From positions 69,504,001 through 69,568,000 of the forward strand of contig NW_024704742.1 of NCBI RefSeq assembly GCF_018977255.1: a stretch of 64,000 bases of DNA, written 5' to 3'. The position numbers and the translations under genes were made by a program. Source of the stretch: Callorhinchus milii. Lineage: Eukaryota. Positions 36,846 to 50,967 of this stretch are shown one piece after another (the first letter of the stretch is position 1; every line of letters begins with the position of its first letter). The notes beneath the pieces were generated by a model that was given only the letters and a program-made list of their open reading frames with translations, was not told where the DNA came from and ran no database searches.

Positions 36846-39800
36846 GAGTAAATATTGCAAACATTGAGCTATTAATTGTACACTGTTTGTTTATCTAGAT
36901 TGGACTGCTCCCACGAGTGTGATTCACATGATGCTTCTTTCATGCGGACATGAAGCTCTGCCTCTGGAGAGGTTTCGCCCGATCCTGCTGAGTGTCTCGT
37001 TCACTTAATCAGAGTCCCCGCTGTCAAGCCTTGCTCCCCACCCTCCCAGCTGATTGCCTGTGACCCTCGCCATCATCAGCCTTTACTGTCAAGCTCTCCG
37101 GCAGAGATTGGCATTGACAGCCGGTCATCAGGGGCTAATCTGCTCTGTAATTGTACAACGCTGTCGTGGGGAGACCAGAAATCAGCAATTAGCCTTGAAT
37201 TCTCACTGCTCTGGAAGGTTACCACAAACCCAGGTCCCCGTCTGTGCCTGTTTGAGAGGTTACTGACTCAATGGCACTATTTAAAACATGAACCAAATTC
37301 TATAATAATAATAATAATTCTTGCATTTGATATAGTGCTTTATCATGTCATTGAGGCGTCTCAAAGTGCTTCACAGAATATACCGTAAAGTGAATTGACT
37401 ATATATTTTGTGGGCGGAACATGGCAGCTAATTGCACACAGCAGTGTCCCACAAATAATTGTGGATTGAGGGACCAAATTATTGCTATTTTAAAAAGGGA
37501 TTATTACCCCCAGAAAGCAATCCACCAATTGACTAACAACTGTTTTTTCTAAGAATCCTGGCTGATAAAATTAGTCTTTGTGACTTGTCTGTTTGTAAGG
37601 CCTTGTGGCAAATTGCCAAATTAGGTCACAAATACACCATCACTTAACTTACAGTCTTTATTATAACTAATAATGTTCATTACATTATTGTAGGATTTAA
37701 ATAATGTAGATGGGGTGAGAGGATGAATGCCTTTAAGGGAGCATTGAAAAGGGAAATCAATGAGGTTATATCAGTGGCCAAGCTTTCTACATTAATACCC
37801 TAACCTCTGAACTACCTCCCTCTAACCATTGATCTCTCCCCCTCTCTTTAAATGCTGCATAAAATCCTAACTCTTTGATCCCTCCACTAAGGTTATCTCT
37901 CACTCCCTCCAACTCGCTTGGTGTCCAACCCCCTCATTGTGAAGTGCTCCAAGATGTTATCCCGTGTGACGGGCGTTGTATGTATGCAGGTTTCTGTAGC
38001 TGACGACAAGCGCATGAGTAGGGAGGGTATCAGTCTGTGACCTTCTTAAACCCTCCGGGCCCTAACAACCTGCCAGTTGGGACACACCATCGATGGTTAG
38101 GCGTTCAGCCTATCTGCTCCTACTCTCTGGAGTTCCTTCGCTTTGCGTCTTCCCTTTCCTCCTTCAAGGTCCGTCTTAAGACTTTTCTCTTTAACTGTGT
38201 CTTTGGTCATCTTCCCCTCCACCTATCCCCTTAGACCCCGTGGAATCCAACCTCCAACTCAGGTCCAAACCCTAGGCTGTCCAGCGTCTTGAGAGGTCCA
38301 CTCGACATGAAAGGCCCTATGGGTTGTTGTTGTAGAGGGAACAGAAAAAGGACAAGGAATTGGGATTAGGATAGATAGCTTCTTTGAGGAAACAAACAAA
38401 CCACACCGACTTGGAGAGTGGGAAGGAGGTGGCAGTTGGAAATAAAGAGAAAATCCATGGAATATTGCTTGACTGTCATAATTAAACAGATGTCAGTTAT
38501 TGTACTCTCTGTTCTCATTAGGAACTTACCACAAGGTCAATATATTTACCAACTAGCAGAGTATAAGGATCAGGGGGTGTGAAGGGCAATTTGAGGACAG
38601 ACACCAGGAAATATTTCTTTACCCAGAGGCTAAATAACAGCTGGAACTGGGGGAGGTGTGGTGGAACCGAGAGGATATTTAACATCCACTGAACAGACAG
38701 ACGGGACCTGGGTTTAACATCTCATCTGAAGGATGGCACTTTTGACAATGCATTGCTCCCCCCACCAGAAGTACACTAGAGATTCCCATAACGTAGTGGT
38801 TTGCGCATTCGCCTCACAAGCAAGAGGACCTGAGTTCAATTCCCGAGCGGGGAGAAACTTTAGGTAGCTTTCTTTACTCCACACTCCTCTTTTTACCTAG
38901 CGGTAAGTAGTCAATTGGATGGTCACTTTCTAGGCGTATTACCCCTTAAAAAAAATGGTCACTCGATCACACCTGTTTGTGGGATGCTACTGTGCTGCCA
39001 TTGTTTCACCCACAAAATACAGTCAATCCACTTTACAATGTATACTGTGAAGCACTTTGAGACATTTCAACAATGTGATAAGACTCTATATCAAATGCAA
39101 CCATTATTCAGGCTGTGAGTTCACTGTGAGCTCAAAATTCCACAATAATAGGGGTCTAAATAGCGGTATTTCTTAATCGGAATCTTTCATAAGGAATCAC
39201 GTGATCTTATCACCTGCTACATCAACTAATCCACTCTAACACCTTTTTGGGACCCTGTAGCAAAACTGCTCTCACTGTAAACAATATCAAAGCCTCAATT
39301 CACAATCCATTGGGATTACAGAACTGTTACAGTGAAATTAGCAGCTACTATAAATAAGAATGTCAGTGCTGACCTTCCTATTATTTAGCCTTTCACAAGC
39401 AGCACTTCGCTTCTCACTGATCGATGCCAATCAGCCCTTCACATCACATCACAAAGAGTTCAGCTTCCCACCGCACACTGCCTGAGCCAGCCGCTTAATT
39501 ACATTTTTAAAACCCGTTCATTTCATCTGGGCTACAGGAAGCAGACACACACAGGAAGGTAACCCCCTTGCCCAGCCCCCCGCCCACTGCGGGTTAAATA
39601 TTCAGTTGACATCAGCCGCAGCTTCTCCTCCCACTAACCCTCACTCAAGTTCATCGGGTTCGAAAGAATATTCGGATCTAAGCCAAGAGTGTCACAAGAG
39701 CAGGTTCATCATAGATTCATGGAAATTACAGCACAGAATGATGCCAATCAAGCCAGTGCTGGTGCTTGCTCCCCCAATTGAGCTCTCTACTCTCATCCCA

Positions 39801-40479
39801 TTTTCCTGCTCTTTCCCCATTTTTCTGTAAAACTTCAGTGTGTGTTTGTAGGATAGCTAATTTGTGCACAGCAATGTCCCCAAAACAGCCATGAAGTGAA
39901 TGATCAATTTTATTTGAGGGATTGTTGGCCAGGACAGCCAGAGAAACTCTCCTCTTTTTTCAAATAGTGCCATGGAATCTTTAACATTCACCTGAACAGA
40001 CAAATGGGACCTCAGATTAACATCACATCTGAAGGACGGCATCTCCAATAATGATTCACTCTCTCCCCTCCCACACTGGAACATCAGCCTAGACTGTGAG
40101 CTGAAAGCTAGAGCCCAGAGATTTGGGCTCAAAAGTAATAACTTGCAACCCAGAGGTGAGAGTGCTACCGACTGAGACAGGAAACATAATTTTATGAATC
40201 CAAGAGAGCGTGGGAAGGAACGTGTCTTTGGACTAGTAAACAAAACAACGGTGCATTGGGAGGGGAAATTCCCACTGGAGACATCACAGATGGTTCATCT
40301 TTCTCGGTGTAACCTACACCATCGAACTCTCTTTATATCCTGTGCAAGCTGATTGCAACAGTCAAGGACTAAGGAAGCGTTCAGCTGCATGGTCTGAACC
40401 AGCCAAGAAATGAGGGGAAAGCATTGCTCCACCAAGATGAATTAGATTTATTAGACTTTATTGTCAAATCAGTGGAGTG

Positions 40480-40850
40480 CAGATCCCCAGACGTCACACA
40501 AGCTATATAGTTACACACTCCAACTATATTAGTCAGGCTGCACGTAGAATACTGTTTACAGTTCTGGTTACACAAGGGCTGCCCCGGCCATAGAGGTGGT
40601 GCAGGGAAAGCAACGAGGCTGCTCCCCGGTGTTAGCGGAATGAAATGTGACCAACAATTAGACAAGCTCGGGCTCTTCAGTCTTGAGAGAAGATGGGACC
40701 TTATAGAAATTTGTAACATTTTAAATGGGATTGAAAAAGTAAACCCAGGACAATACTTTATGATGCAGCAAGACACTAGAACAAGAGGACAAGGTTTAGG
40801 GGTAGCAAAGGGGGCAATTTCAGGACAGACACCAGGAAGTTTTTCTCTAC
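40480..40850 (+). mobile_element. CR1 3' fragment
   Basis: QQLDKLGLFSLERRWDLIEICNILNGIEKV..RTRG. Confidence 0.8.
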
Positions 40851-41839
40851 ACCTTCAAAATGTGTGTGTGGGTTAGTGGGATGGGGAGTGGAATAAGACT
40901 AAATATACAGTAACTACACTTCATAGTGAATACTATGAAGTGATTTGAGAATCTATATGAAATAAGAATTATCACTATTATATTCTACATCGCCTTTCAT
41001 GTTGGGAAGCTTCATAGAATTTACTGTTCAGTGTAGGTACCGTGTAATTTACAGATGAACATGACAGCCAATTTGTGCATGGCACTGGACCAATTTTATT
41101 TGGGGGATTGTTGGCTAGGACACCGGGAGAGAAACTCCCTTCTCTTTTTTAATAGTGCTACGGGATCTTTAACGTCCACTGAGTAGGCAGACGGGACCTC
41201 GGTTTAACTTCCGATCTGAACGATGGCACTTCCAACAATGCAACTGGCACTGCATTGGAGTATAGACTGTGTGCATAGACTATGTAATTCCATGTTCCAA
41301 TGTGGGGTTTGAACCCACAACCATCTGACTCAGAGGCGAGAGTGATTCCACTGCGACAAGCTGACATACATGAGCAATTTGAGCATGGAGTGCTCCAAGC
41401 ACAAGCCTTTCGGACGAAATACAATTGAAGCAATGAGCGAGGCGGTCTATAAAATCAGACCAAACCTCCCTGGCGCTCTCTTCAATCAGTTTTAAGTATG
41501 TGACAGAGTATGTAAGCCTGGATCAGGTATGATTGGTGCAGCTGCGCAGGTCATCAGAGATGGATGACAATGATATTTTTAGCTGATATATGCTAAGGAC
41601 AGCAACCAATGGTAATTAGGATTTACGCGGCCGGAGTCTTAAATCTACCTTTGGCTGTCTTAAACAGTACGTCAGGAACCTATTGAAAATCAGCCCTGAT
41701 GACATTGTTTCCCATTAACCCCTTCACTGCCGCCAGGATGAGCAAACATCCACATTCCCCCTTTGGTGTTGATCACCTGGGTGAAAAGCCCGAATAGCCT
41801 CCTAATGTGTGATACTTTTCCACGCTTCTAGTCTTGTAG

Positions 41840-42185
41840 AACCTTGTAGCATATTGGTTAGAGCACTTGCCTTACAAGTGAAAGGACCCGGGTTCGATTT
41901 CCAGGTGGGACAAAACCTTAGGCAAGTTTCCTTATTCCACACATCCTTTCCTAGCAGTAAATAGGAACCTGGTTGTTAGTCAATTGACAGATCTCTCTCC
42001 AGGGCTATAATCGCTTAAAAAAAATAAGGAGAATTTGGTCATTCAATCCATGACTGTTTGCTATGCACAATTGGCTGGTGCATTTCACCCACAAAACATA
42101 CAGTCAATTCACTTTACTATATTCTGTGAAGCACCTTGAGACATATCAACAATGTGATAAGGCATGAATGCAAGGATTGTTAATA
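41840..42185 (+). mobile_element. tRNA-Ala SINE (family A)
   Basis: Head with GGGTTCGATTTCC B box, standard body and tail. Confidence 0.85.
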
Positions 42186-42235
42186 TTATTTTTACTAGTG
42201 TGTATTATAACCCTATTAAAATATACTCCAGATGA

Positions 42236-42760
42236 TTTTTGTTTTCAGCCAGGTATCTGACACATCTGAAGGTGGAAACCCATGACTGTGTTTAAGAGTA
42301 TCCAAACCAGACCATCCCAGCTGTACATGGAAATTCTCATGTATTGGAATGGAGTGCACCCAGTCTCCCTGGAGGGATGCATCCTGCTTACCTTTTCTTC
42401 CAAATACTATCAGGTGCAGGTTGGATAAAGCCAAGGATTAAGGACCCCAAGTATACATTGCTGGAGTCTGACCTGCGAAAACTTCATAGCTTGCCATTGA
42501 GAGCACTATCTAACAAGTTTTCCCGCTACTTATCCAGCTAGGACTGTTAAGGTTTTAGCTTGTCGGGTTACCAGCAGCTGAGTGGAAAGAATCCTTGTCC
42601 CCAGTCTGTTCTTCTAACAAGCCAGGCTGGAATGGTCTATCATCAGCAGCAGCTCTGGAGTTCTGCGGACCCGCCTGCCTCAGGAACTGGACTTCTGAGT
42701 CATACCACTACAGATTGGCTCAATTCCAACATTCGCATCACCTTGGAGCTAATTCAACCT
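42236..42760 (-). mobile_element. Family X (LF-SINE-like), near-complete copy
   Basis: Colinear with 50968-51510 along its length. Confidence 0.7.
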
Positions 42761-42794
42761 CAAGCAAATCCTACTCCCTCCTACTCCCTCCTCC

Positions 42795-44222
42795 CATGAA
42801 GATAATCTCTAAATTGATATAATTTGACATCCGACAAGTGCAGGTTTGAGCCTTCACTTGTTGGATGGCAGGTACCAGAAAATGCTTCAACACACAATGC
42901 TTCAGGTACTTGGATCTGCCTGCAAGCTTCTTGATGGGCAACACAGTGCCGCACTGTCTCATGTGGTGTCCCTCAGGGCTCTGTCCTCGGTCCCCTCCTC
43001 TTCACCCTCTATATGCTCCCCCTCGGTGACATCATCCGCAGACATGGAGTTAACTTCCACATGTATGCGGATGACACCCAACTCTACCTTTCCTCCTCTA
43101 CTCTCAACTCCACGACCACTGATGTCCTGACAGCCTGCCTTGGACGAGAGACAACTTTCTTCAGCTCAACGTGCGAAAAACCGAGGCCCTCCTGATTGGC
43201 TCACGTCAGCGCTTCCGCACCTCAGGCGCCGACACCATCAGCATCCAAGGCTGCACTCTCCACCTCTCAAAGCCATCAGGAACCTCGGCGTTTTGTTCGA
43301 CCCTGAGCTGTCCTTTCTCCCTCACATCCGCACCACAACTGGCACCGCCTTCCATCACCTCCGGAATGTCGCCAGACTACGGCACTACCTCACCCCTCAC
43401 GCTGCTGAAACTCTGGTCCACGCCTTTATCACCTCAAGGCTGGACTATGGGAACTCTCTCCTCGCCGGCCTTCCCGCCACCTCCCTCCACAAGCTGCAGG
43501 TCATTCAGAACTCTGCAGCTCGTGTACTGTCCCGCACCAGGCTTCGGGACCACATCACTCCCACCCTCGCTCGCCTCCACTGGCTCCCCATCCCCCAGAG
43601 GATCGAATTCAAGATCCTCATCCTCACCTACAAGGCCATTCACGGCCTTGCTCCCTCCTACCTCTCCGACCTACTATCCCCCTACCTACCTGCCCGTACC
43701 CTCCGTTCCTCCGGCTCCGGTCTGCTCCACATCCCCCGCCCCAACCGCCCTACCATCGGTGGTCGGGCCTTCAGCCTCTCAGCCCCGAGGCTCTGGAACT
43801 CCATCCCCCAGTGCCTTCGCCGCCTCCTCCCTTTCCTCCTTCAAGGCCGGTCTCAAAACCTTTCTCTTTGACCGAACCTTCAGCTCCCCTCTCGACTCTC
43901 TTCCCCCTCCTCGCTCCCTCCCTTCCCTCCCTTCACCCAGACCATTTCCCCCCTCCTCGCTCCCTCCCTTCCCTCTCCTCACCCTGACCATTTTCCCCCT
44001 CCTCGCTCCCTCCCTTCCCTCCCCTCACCCTGACCATTTCCCCCCTGCTCGGGTCCTGACCCAACTGTGCAGCGCCTTGGGACGTCCTCCCGACGAGAAA
44101 GGTGCTTTATAAATGGAATCTTGTTGTTGTTGTTGTAGTGGAGGATGAAGTGTGTGAGAGCATTGCCACCATCTGCTTACCCACAGCTTGACACAAGTCC
44201 CTTCCCACATTGTGCCATTGTG
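42795..44222 (-). pseudogene. hAT (Buster/Charlie-like) transposase relic split by an L2 insertion; pieces at 44137-44222 and 42795-42948
   Basis: Removing the L2 and one AGTG copy gives [26 protein letters not shown], then frameshifted LKHFLVPAIQQV and LYQFRDYL. This resembles the AM.G...GLV..HCxxHQE..HRQF..FL pattern. Confidence 0.55.
42949..44136 (+). mobile_element. Young 5'-truncated L2 LINE
   Basis: [68 protein letters not shown] and a (TTG)n tail. AGTG occurs on both sides (42945-42948, 44137-44140). Confidence 0.93.
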
Positions 44223-45654
44223 TAATTTATTTTGACGACCACCTGAACATGCAGACGGGTCCTTGATTTAACATTCTCATCAAAAGGTCGGCACCTGCTT
44301 CTAGGAAGTGTTTCACTGCACTATGGAGTCAGCCTAGGTTTCGAACTGAGACTCTTTCCTGTCGGTCTGAAACTGATAGTTTTTTGACCCAGAAGCAAGA
44401 GTCCTATCAACTGAGCCAAGCTGTTGCTCTGGATCAATTCAACAGGACACAGCTAAAGACATAAATATAATAATAATCCTTGCTTTTGATATAGTGCCTC
44501 ATCACGTCGTTGAGATGTCTCAAAGCGCTTCACAGCATATACTATCAAATGGTTTGAATGTGTATTTTGTGGGCGAAACGCGACAACCCATTGCACGCAG
44601 AAAAGTCGCACAGTCGTGGATGGTTCATATAGACAAGGGTAGAGGACAGGGGCATAACTTTTTCTAGCTGAGGTATGATGGAGTACAATAGGGTGGGTTT
44701 TCTGGATGACATCAAATGGCCAAAGGGCTTTTTTCTTCTGAACAATCTGAACAACTGTTTGTGGAAGACTGCTGCGCTCCAGAAAGCTGTAAAAATGGAA
44801 TCAGTAGGCATGTAGAGTTTAGAAAGGGCGAGGATGTGGGCAATGGATAACTAGGGATAATTTAAAAGAGAGATAGACAGAGACTTGGGTAATAGAGGTA
44901 TTAAGTGTTGTGGTACAAGTGCAGGGGCCCTGGGATTTGGTGGAACTGAATTGTTGCCTCCTGTTCCTGTGTGCACAGTCATTGCGGGAAAAGTGGTGAC
45001 AATAAGCACTATATCAAATGCAAGGATTACTATTAATAATATTCTCAGGTTCCCATGAAATTCGAAACTGGATTCCCCAAGAAAAAAAAACACAGCCATC
45101 ATCTTCATTCAGCAACACCTGGGTCTCTCACATGTCTGAGAATTCCTTTCTACCACCATCAGCTGTTCTTTCAGCTTTTAGGCCCATAACCTGCAATTCC
45201 CTGCATCAATCCCTCTTTGTCCATCTGCAGATCCCACCTGAAGACCTTCCTCTTCAACCTACGGTCACCACCCCCCTCTCCCCAGCTCCATGTGAAACTA
45301 TGCCATTGTTAAGCGCTCTGAGACACTATCCCGCCTGCAGGAAGTTATATAAATGCTCCTCCCAGCACTACATTGGAGTGCCAGCTTAGACTGAGAGTTC
45401 AATGCGCAGAAATGGGGCTTCAACCCACAACCTTATGACTCAGAAGCAAGACTGAGCCAAACAATGAGAGAGATAGGGAGGGGCTAGACATGAAGGGATT
45501 TGTCGAGGAGTGTGAGATCGATCCACTTGGAGCCAGGGAGCTAGCGAAGCCTGGCAGGGGCTGGGGGGTAAAAAAATGTGAAGGTTGGTAAGGGTGAGGA
45601 TATGTGAGGACATGGATATGTTCAGGGGTTAGGGGGGAAAGATACTATAATATA

Positions 45655-46018
45655 ATAATAATCCTTGTTTTTGATATAGCGCATTTGATATTCACGCCAT
45701 TGAGACATCTCAAAGCGCCTCACAGAATATACTGTAAAGTGAATTGACTGTATATTTTATGGCGAAACACAGTAGTCAATTATGCACAGCAGTGTCCCAC
45801 AAACAGTAGTGGATTGAGTGACCTAATTATTATTTTTTTTGAAAGGATTATTACCCCCGGAAAGCGATCCACCAATCGACTAACAACCTGTTTACTGTTA
45901 GGTAAACAGAGGCGAGTGGAATAAGGAAACTTGCTTAAGGTTTCACCCTGCCCAAGAATCAAACCCAGGTCCTCTCACTCGTGGGGCGAATGCTCTAACC
46001 AGTACGCTATAGGATTCC
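45655..46018 (-). mobile_element. tRNA-Ala SINE (family A)
   Basis: Complete reverse-complement copy. Confidence 0.85.
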
Positions 46019-48439
46019 AGTAGCAAAGACAGGTGCACTACCAAGACAACCATTTACAATCAAAGGATAAACTTACAAAGGGAAAGACAGGGAGGGTCAG
46101 GCTGATCAAAGCAATTGAGCACAGAGGAAGCAACAGGGGAGGAGATCTTGACAATCAAGGGATTAGTAGCAAGGGGATGAGGGATCAAAAACACCTGTCA
46201 ACAAGCAGGTAAATCAGCCTCTTTACCTTCACTCAGCAGGCTCGGGCCAACTGCACATTCCTCGACCGATCCGTTCCATCATCAGCGGCCATGCTTTCAG
46301 CCACAACACACTGAACCTCAAGAACAACAACAGATTACATTTATATAGAGCCTTTCACGTCAGAAGGATGTCACAAGGTGCTGACAGTTAAGATGAGCTG
46401 GGGGTTGGAATCAAGATGGATGGAGTGTAGGAGTGGGGCCAAAAGCATGATCAAAGAGGATGGTCTTGAGGTGGGCTTAGAAGGAGGCAATGGAGGGGAT
46501 GAGGCAAAGTGATTCTGGAATGGATTTCCAGAGGGTGGGGGTAGAAAGGCCTGACTGCCAATGGTGGAGCGGGTAGGGGATATGAAGCAGACCAGTGTCT
46601 GCTGAGCAGAGGGAATGGACTGGTTGGTATGGTATTAATAGATCATAAGCATTAGACAATGAATTGATTGAGGGATTCAAGAAGATGGCTGGGTACCAGG
46701 GAAGTAGGAATATTAAATGATGTGAAGAGGAGACAGAGAAATGGCAAGAGTAATCCCATGGAATGCCCAATGATGGGCTTCATACAATACACTACTACAT
46801 AAATTTAGATTTATATAGTGCCTTTCACATCGGGAGGATGTCCCAAAGTACTTAACTGCACTGCCTAAGCTGGAGGTGAGAGCTGAGGGGAATGGGGAGG
46901 GGAAAGATGACCAGAAAGTTAGGTCTTGAGACGGAGCTTGAACGAATTGAGGGAGGGAGGGAGCAAGTCAGAGAGAACTCCAGGATGGAGCTCCAGAGAG
47001 TGGGGACAGAAAGACTGAAAGTCCTCATGCCGATGATAGCGCGGGGATATGAAGCAGGCTGGTGCCCGCAGATGATGAAGTTGGTCTTTTGTTTCTACAT
47101 TCAGAGAGTGGGTCTTGGATGAGGTGAGTCCCACAGGTATGGGAGCTGGGTCAATGAACATATGTTGCTGTCTGCTCCTTGTGCCGTGACCTTCTAAGAT
47201 TCTCCTGGCCAGGCGCCGGGTGCTCTCAGTCTCATTCACACTCACTGCCCAACCACTTTGTCAACTCCATAGAAAGACAAGGGATAGTAAACTCAATGCT
47301 GATTCGATGTAACTGTTTGATTCCCGGCAGGAGGAAACGTTGGGCAAGTTTCCTTGAACCCAGTTGTTAGTTGATTGTCGAATCACTTTTCTGGGGTTAA
47401 TAATCCCTTCAAAAAAATAATAATAATTTGGTCACTCAATCCATGGCTGTTTGTGAGACACTGCTGTGTGCAATTGTTTGCTGCGTTTCGCCCACAAGAT
47501 ATACAGTCAATTCATGTTACAATATATTCTGTGAAGCGCTTTGAGACGTCTCGAAGAAGTGATAAGGCGCTATATCAAACGCAAGGATTATATCATAGAG
47601 ATAAGGAGGGGTGAGAGCATGGAGGGTTTATGGTCACCTTTCCTTTCTCTCCAGCTTGGTGTCAGGCCATACCAGTGCTCCGAGACACTGCCCCATGTAA
47701 ACCGAGCTGTATAAATGCAAGTTGTTGTTGTTGTCATTCAAGGTGCTTAACAATCATCCCCTGAAAGCGCGCTTACACCACTGCAATGATTGCTCACTCA
47801 GTCGAGCTTGCTCTACAATTTAAAATGAGTGAATTTTTTTGGAAGGGAAGAAATTCTTAAATTCAGTCTTAACAGCTACATCAAATTACATTTATGTAAT
47901 TCCTTTCATGTTGGGAGAACGTCCAAGACGCTGGACAGTCAAGATTTGGACCTGAGCTGGGGGTTGCGATCAGGGGATTTGGAGGGCAGGCAGGGTAGGG
48001 GTAAAAGGATGATCGAAGGCGTGGTCAAAGAGGAGGGAGATGGGCCTTGAAAGAGGCAAAGCAGGGGATGAGGTAAAGGGACTGTGGCATGGAGTTCTAA
48101 AGGGTGGGGGCAGAGAGGCTGAAGGCCCAACCGGCGACGGTGAAGTGAGCATGGTGGGGACATGGAGCAGGCCAGAGCCTGCGGAGCGGATGGAGCGGAT
48201 AGGTCTATATGGAGATAACAAGTCACAGAGGTAGGGAGGAGCAAGTCTTGATTTCAATCAGTTTTGAGTAGTGTGGAAATAATGGATTCCAAATCAAAGC
48301 TTCCAATTTCAAGAGTTTTCAAAAAGCCGCCTTAAATTTTATAGACCAAATGGTCTTAACAATAATATAATAAAAATTGGTGCACCTCCCACAATGTTTC
48401 AATTGTTTCAATTTCAATTAAATTTCAATTTCAAATCAC

Positions 48440-48710
48440 ACATTAGCGAAAGAACCAGAGGGGAGATGACGAGAATTGTTTTTACGCACCGAGTTGTTAC
48501 GACTTGGAATCCAATGCCTGAAAGGGTGGTGGAAATGTATTTAATAATAACTTTCAAAAAGGAATTGGATATTTACTTGAAAAAAAATTGCAAGACTATG
48601 GAAAAAGAATGGGGGAGTAGGAACATTTGGATAGCTCTTTCAAAGAGCCAGCACAGGCACGATGGGCCGAATGGCCTCTTACTGGGCTATAGGATTCTAT
48701 TATTCAATTC
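48440..48710 (+). mobile_element. CR1 3' end
   Basis: FTHRVVTTWNPMPERVVE..TFKKELDIYL, then GCACGATGGGCCGAATGGCCTCTT..GATTCTAT. Confidence 0.8.
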
Positions 48711-50402
48711 TACTCTATCAAGCGGCACAGCTCTGAGACATTGCATTGGCGCATTAGCTAAGGCAATATGATTCCAAGTCCCGACGTGGGGGCTTGAAAC
48801 CACAACCTTCTGACTCAGAGGCAAATGAGTAACTGACTGAACCAGTCTGTCACATAAAATATCTGTGGTCTCAGCCTTAAGACCATTTTGTCTCACCACT
48901 TGAATCCACAGAGAATTTTTAAATTTCATTTTTGGTTCGGAAGATGAATAATCCATTCGCTCGTGAATTAATTAATCTTAAAAATTGACACCGACGCCGT
49001 TTGATATCTTATTACAGGTCGAGATAAGATAAGTGTGTCAGCCTGGCCCAATGGTATCACTCTCGCCTGAGTCAGAAGCTTGTGGCTTCAAGCCCCCACA
49101 TCGGGACTTGGAATCACATAAACTAAACTGACACTCCAAAGCGGTGCTGGGTGTGCTGCATTTTCAGAAGTGGAGTCGGTCAGATAAGATGTTAACCCAA
49201 TGTCCCGTCTGCCTGTTCAGGTGGATGTTAACAATCCCATGGCAGTTTTTGAAAAGAGAAGGGAATGTCCGGGGACACGGAGCAAGTCCGGGTCAGCCGA
49301 GCAGAGAGAGGACAAACAGAAGAGTAAGCTATGAGAAGATAATAGTAATAATCTTTGCATTTGATATAGCTCCTCGTCACATCTATGAGACGTCTCAAAA
49401 CACTTCACAGAATATACTGTAAAGTGAATTGACTGTATACTTGTGGACGAAACGTGGCAGCCAATTGCGCACAGCAGTGTCCCACAAACATCGTGGATTG
49501 AGTGATCAAATAATTATTTTTTTTGAGGGACTATTACCACAAGAAAGCAATCCTCTAATCAACTAACAACAGTACCTACTTACTGCTAGGTAAACAGAGG
49601 TGTGTGGAATAAGGACACTTGCTTAAATTTTGTTCTCCGACCAACCCCCCCCCCACCCCCCTCAGGAATCGCTTGCGAGGTGAGCATGCTAAGCACAAGG
49701 CTACAGGATTTATGAGTGGAAAGAGAATTATAGGCAAGTGTGAGGACCTTGGAAATTTTTAAGACCTAGATCTGAAAGGACCTGTGAGATTCAAGGTTTT
49801 CAGTCCACCCCCCAATAACTTGTTTGTTTCACAAGGCCAATTACTGTGAAAGCACACAGGGGGCAGAGGGCAGAGTGCTGTGGAGACTGATGGTTATTGG
49901 AACACATCCACAGTGGCATCAGGTGCAAAGGGACAGTAATATCCATAACTCATCCCTGGCTCCCCATCTGTGCCTTTTTATCACAAGCCTTTCAGGTTGA
50001 ACAGGTTGGGTTGTGTTACTTTCTGTTAAATCTTGGTCTCGCCATTTCCTCCAGCTGTATATTAATGTGTTGATACAATAATAATAAAAATAATAATATT
50101 TTGAATAGTTCAAATATACTAAGAAAAGTAGCTTTCAAAAGGAATTGAAGAGGTACTTGAAAATGAAATATTTGCAGATCTATGGGGTAAGAGAGGGACT
50201 GTGGGATTAATTGGTAGCTCTTTCAAAGAGCCAGCATAGGCACGAAAGGCGGAATGATCTGCTTCTGTGCTGTAAAATTCTATGATTCTATGAAAAATAA
50301 CATTGATTCAAGTATAACGTGGCAGTATTATTAGTCTGGCTGACCCTTCACTGAAAACCACTTAGAAACTACCTCTACAGAATGATGGAAACTGCAGTAA
50401 TA

Positions 50403-50724
50403 TAATAATAATAATAATCCTTGCATTTGATATAGTGCTTTTCACGTCGGGAGAACGTCCCAAAGCGCTTCACAGAACACACTGTAAAGTGAATTGACTG
50501 TATATTTGTGGGTGAACGCGGCAGCCAATTGCGCACAGCAATGTCCCACAAACAGTCGTAGATTGAAAATGATCAATTTATTATTGTTTTTGGTTTTGGA
50601 GGGATTATTATTAGGCTCTGTGTGGAGTAAGGAAACTTGCCCAAGGTTTCGCCCTCTGCCTGGAACTGAACTCAGGTCTCTCGCTTGCAAAGCGAGTGCT
50701 CTAACCACTGAGCTACAGGACTCC
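50403..50724 (-). mobile_element. Young A-short SINE
   Basis: Near-identical to 34062-34380. Confidence 0.9.
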
Positions 50725-50967
50725 ACAATTAATAAAGCTATTAATAATTAATAATAATTAATAATAATCCTTATCATTTGGACATCTCAAAGAGCTTACT
50801 GTAAAGTATGGTGACTGTTATAGGTGAACTCAGCATCCAAATTGCACAAAATAATGCCCCTCAAACAGCCATTAAGTAAATGACCAATTTTATCTGGGGA
50901 ATTGTTTTCCAGGACACCGGGAGAGACATTCCCTTCTCTTTTTTCGAGTAGTGCCATTTAAAAAAAT

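Noticed and set aside
40262..40273. NF-kB-like site GGGGAAATTCCC
   Set aside because: It is a single isolated short motif with no supporting context.
43140..44112. Longest ORFs (243 and 313 aa), and likewise 5998-7211, as host genes
   Set aside because: They are frameshifted, 5'-truncated L2 ORF2 and its alternative frames.
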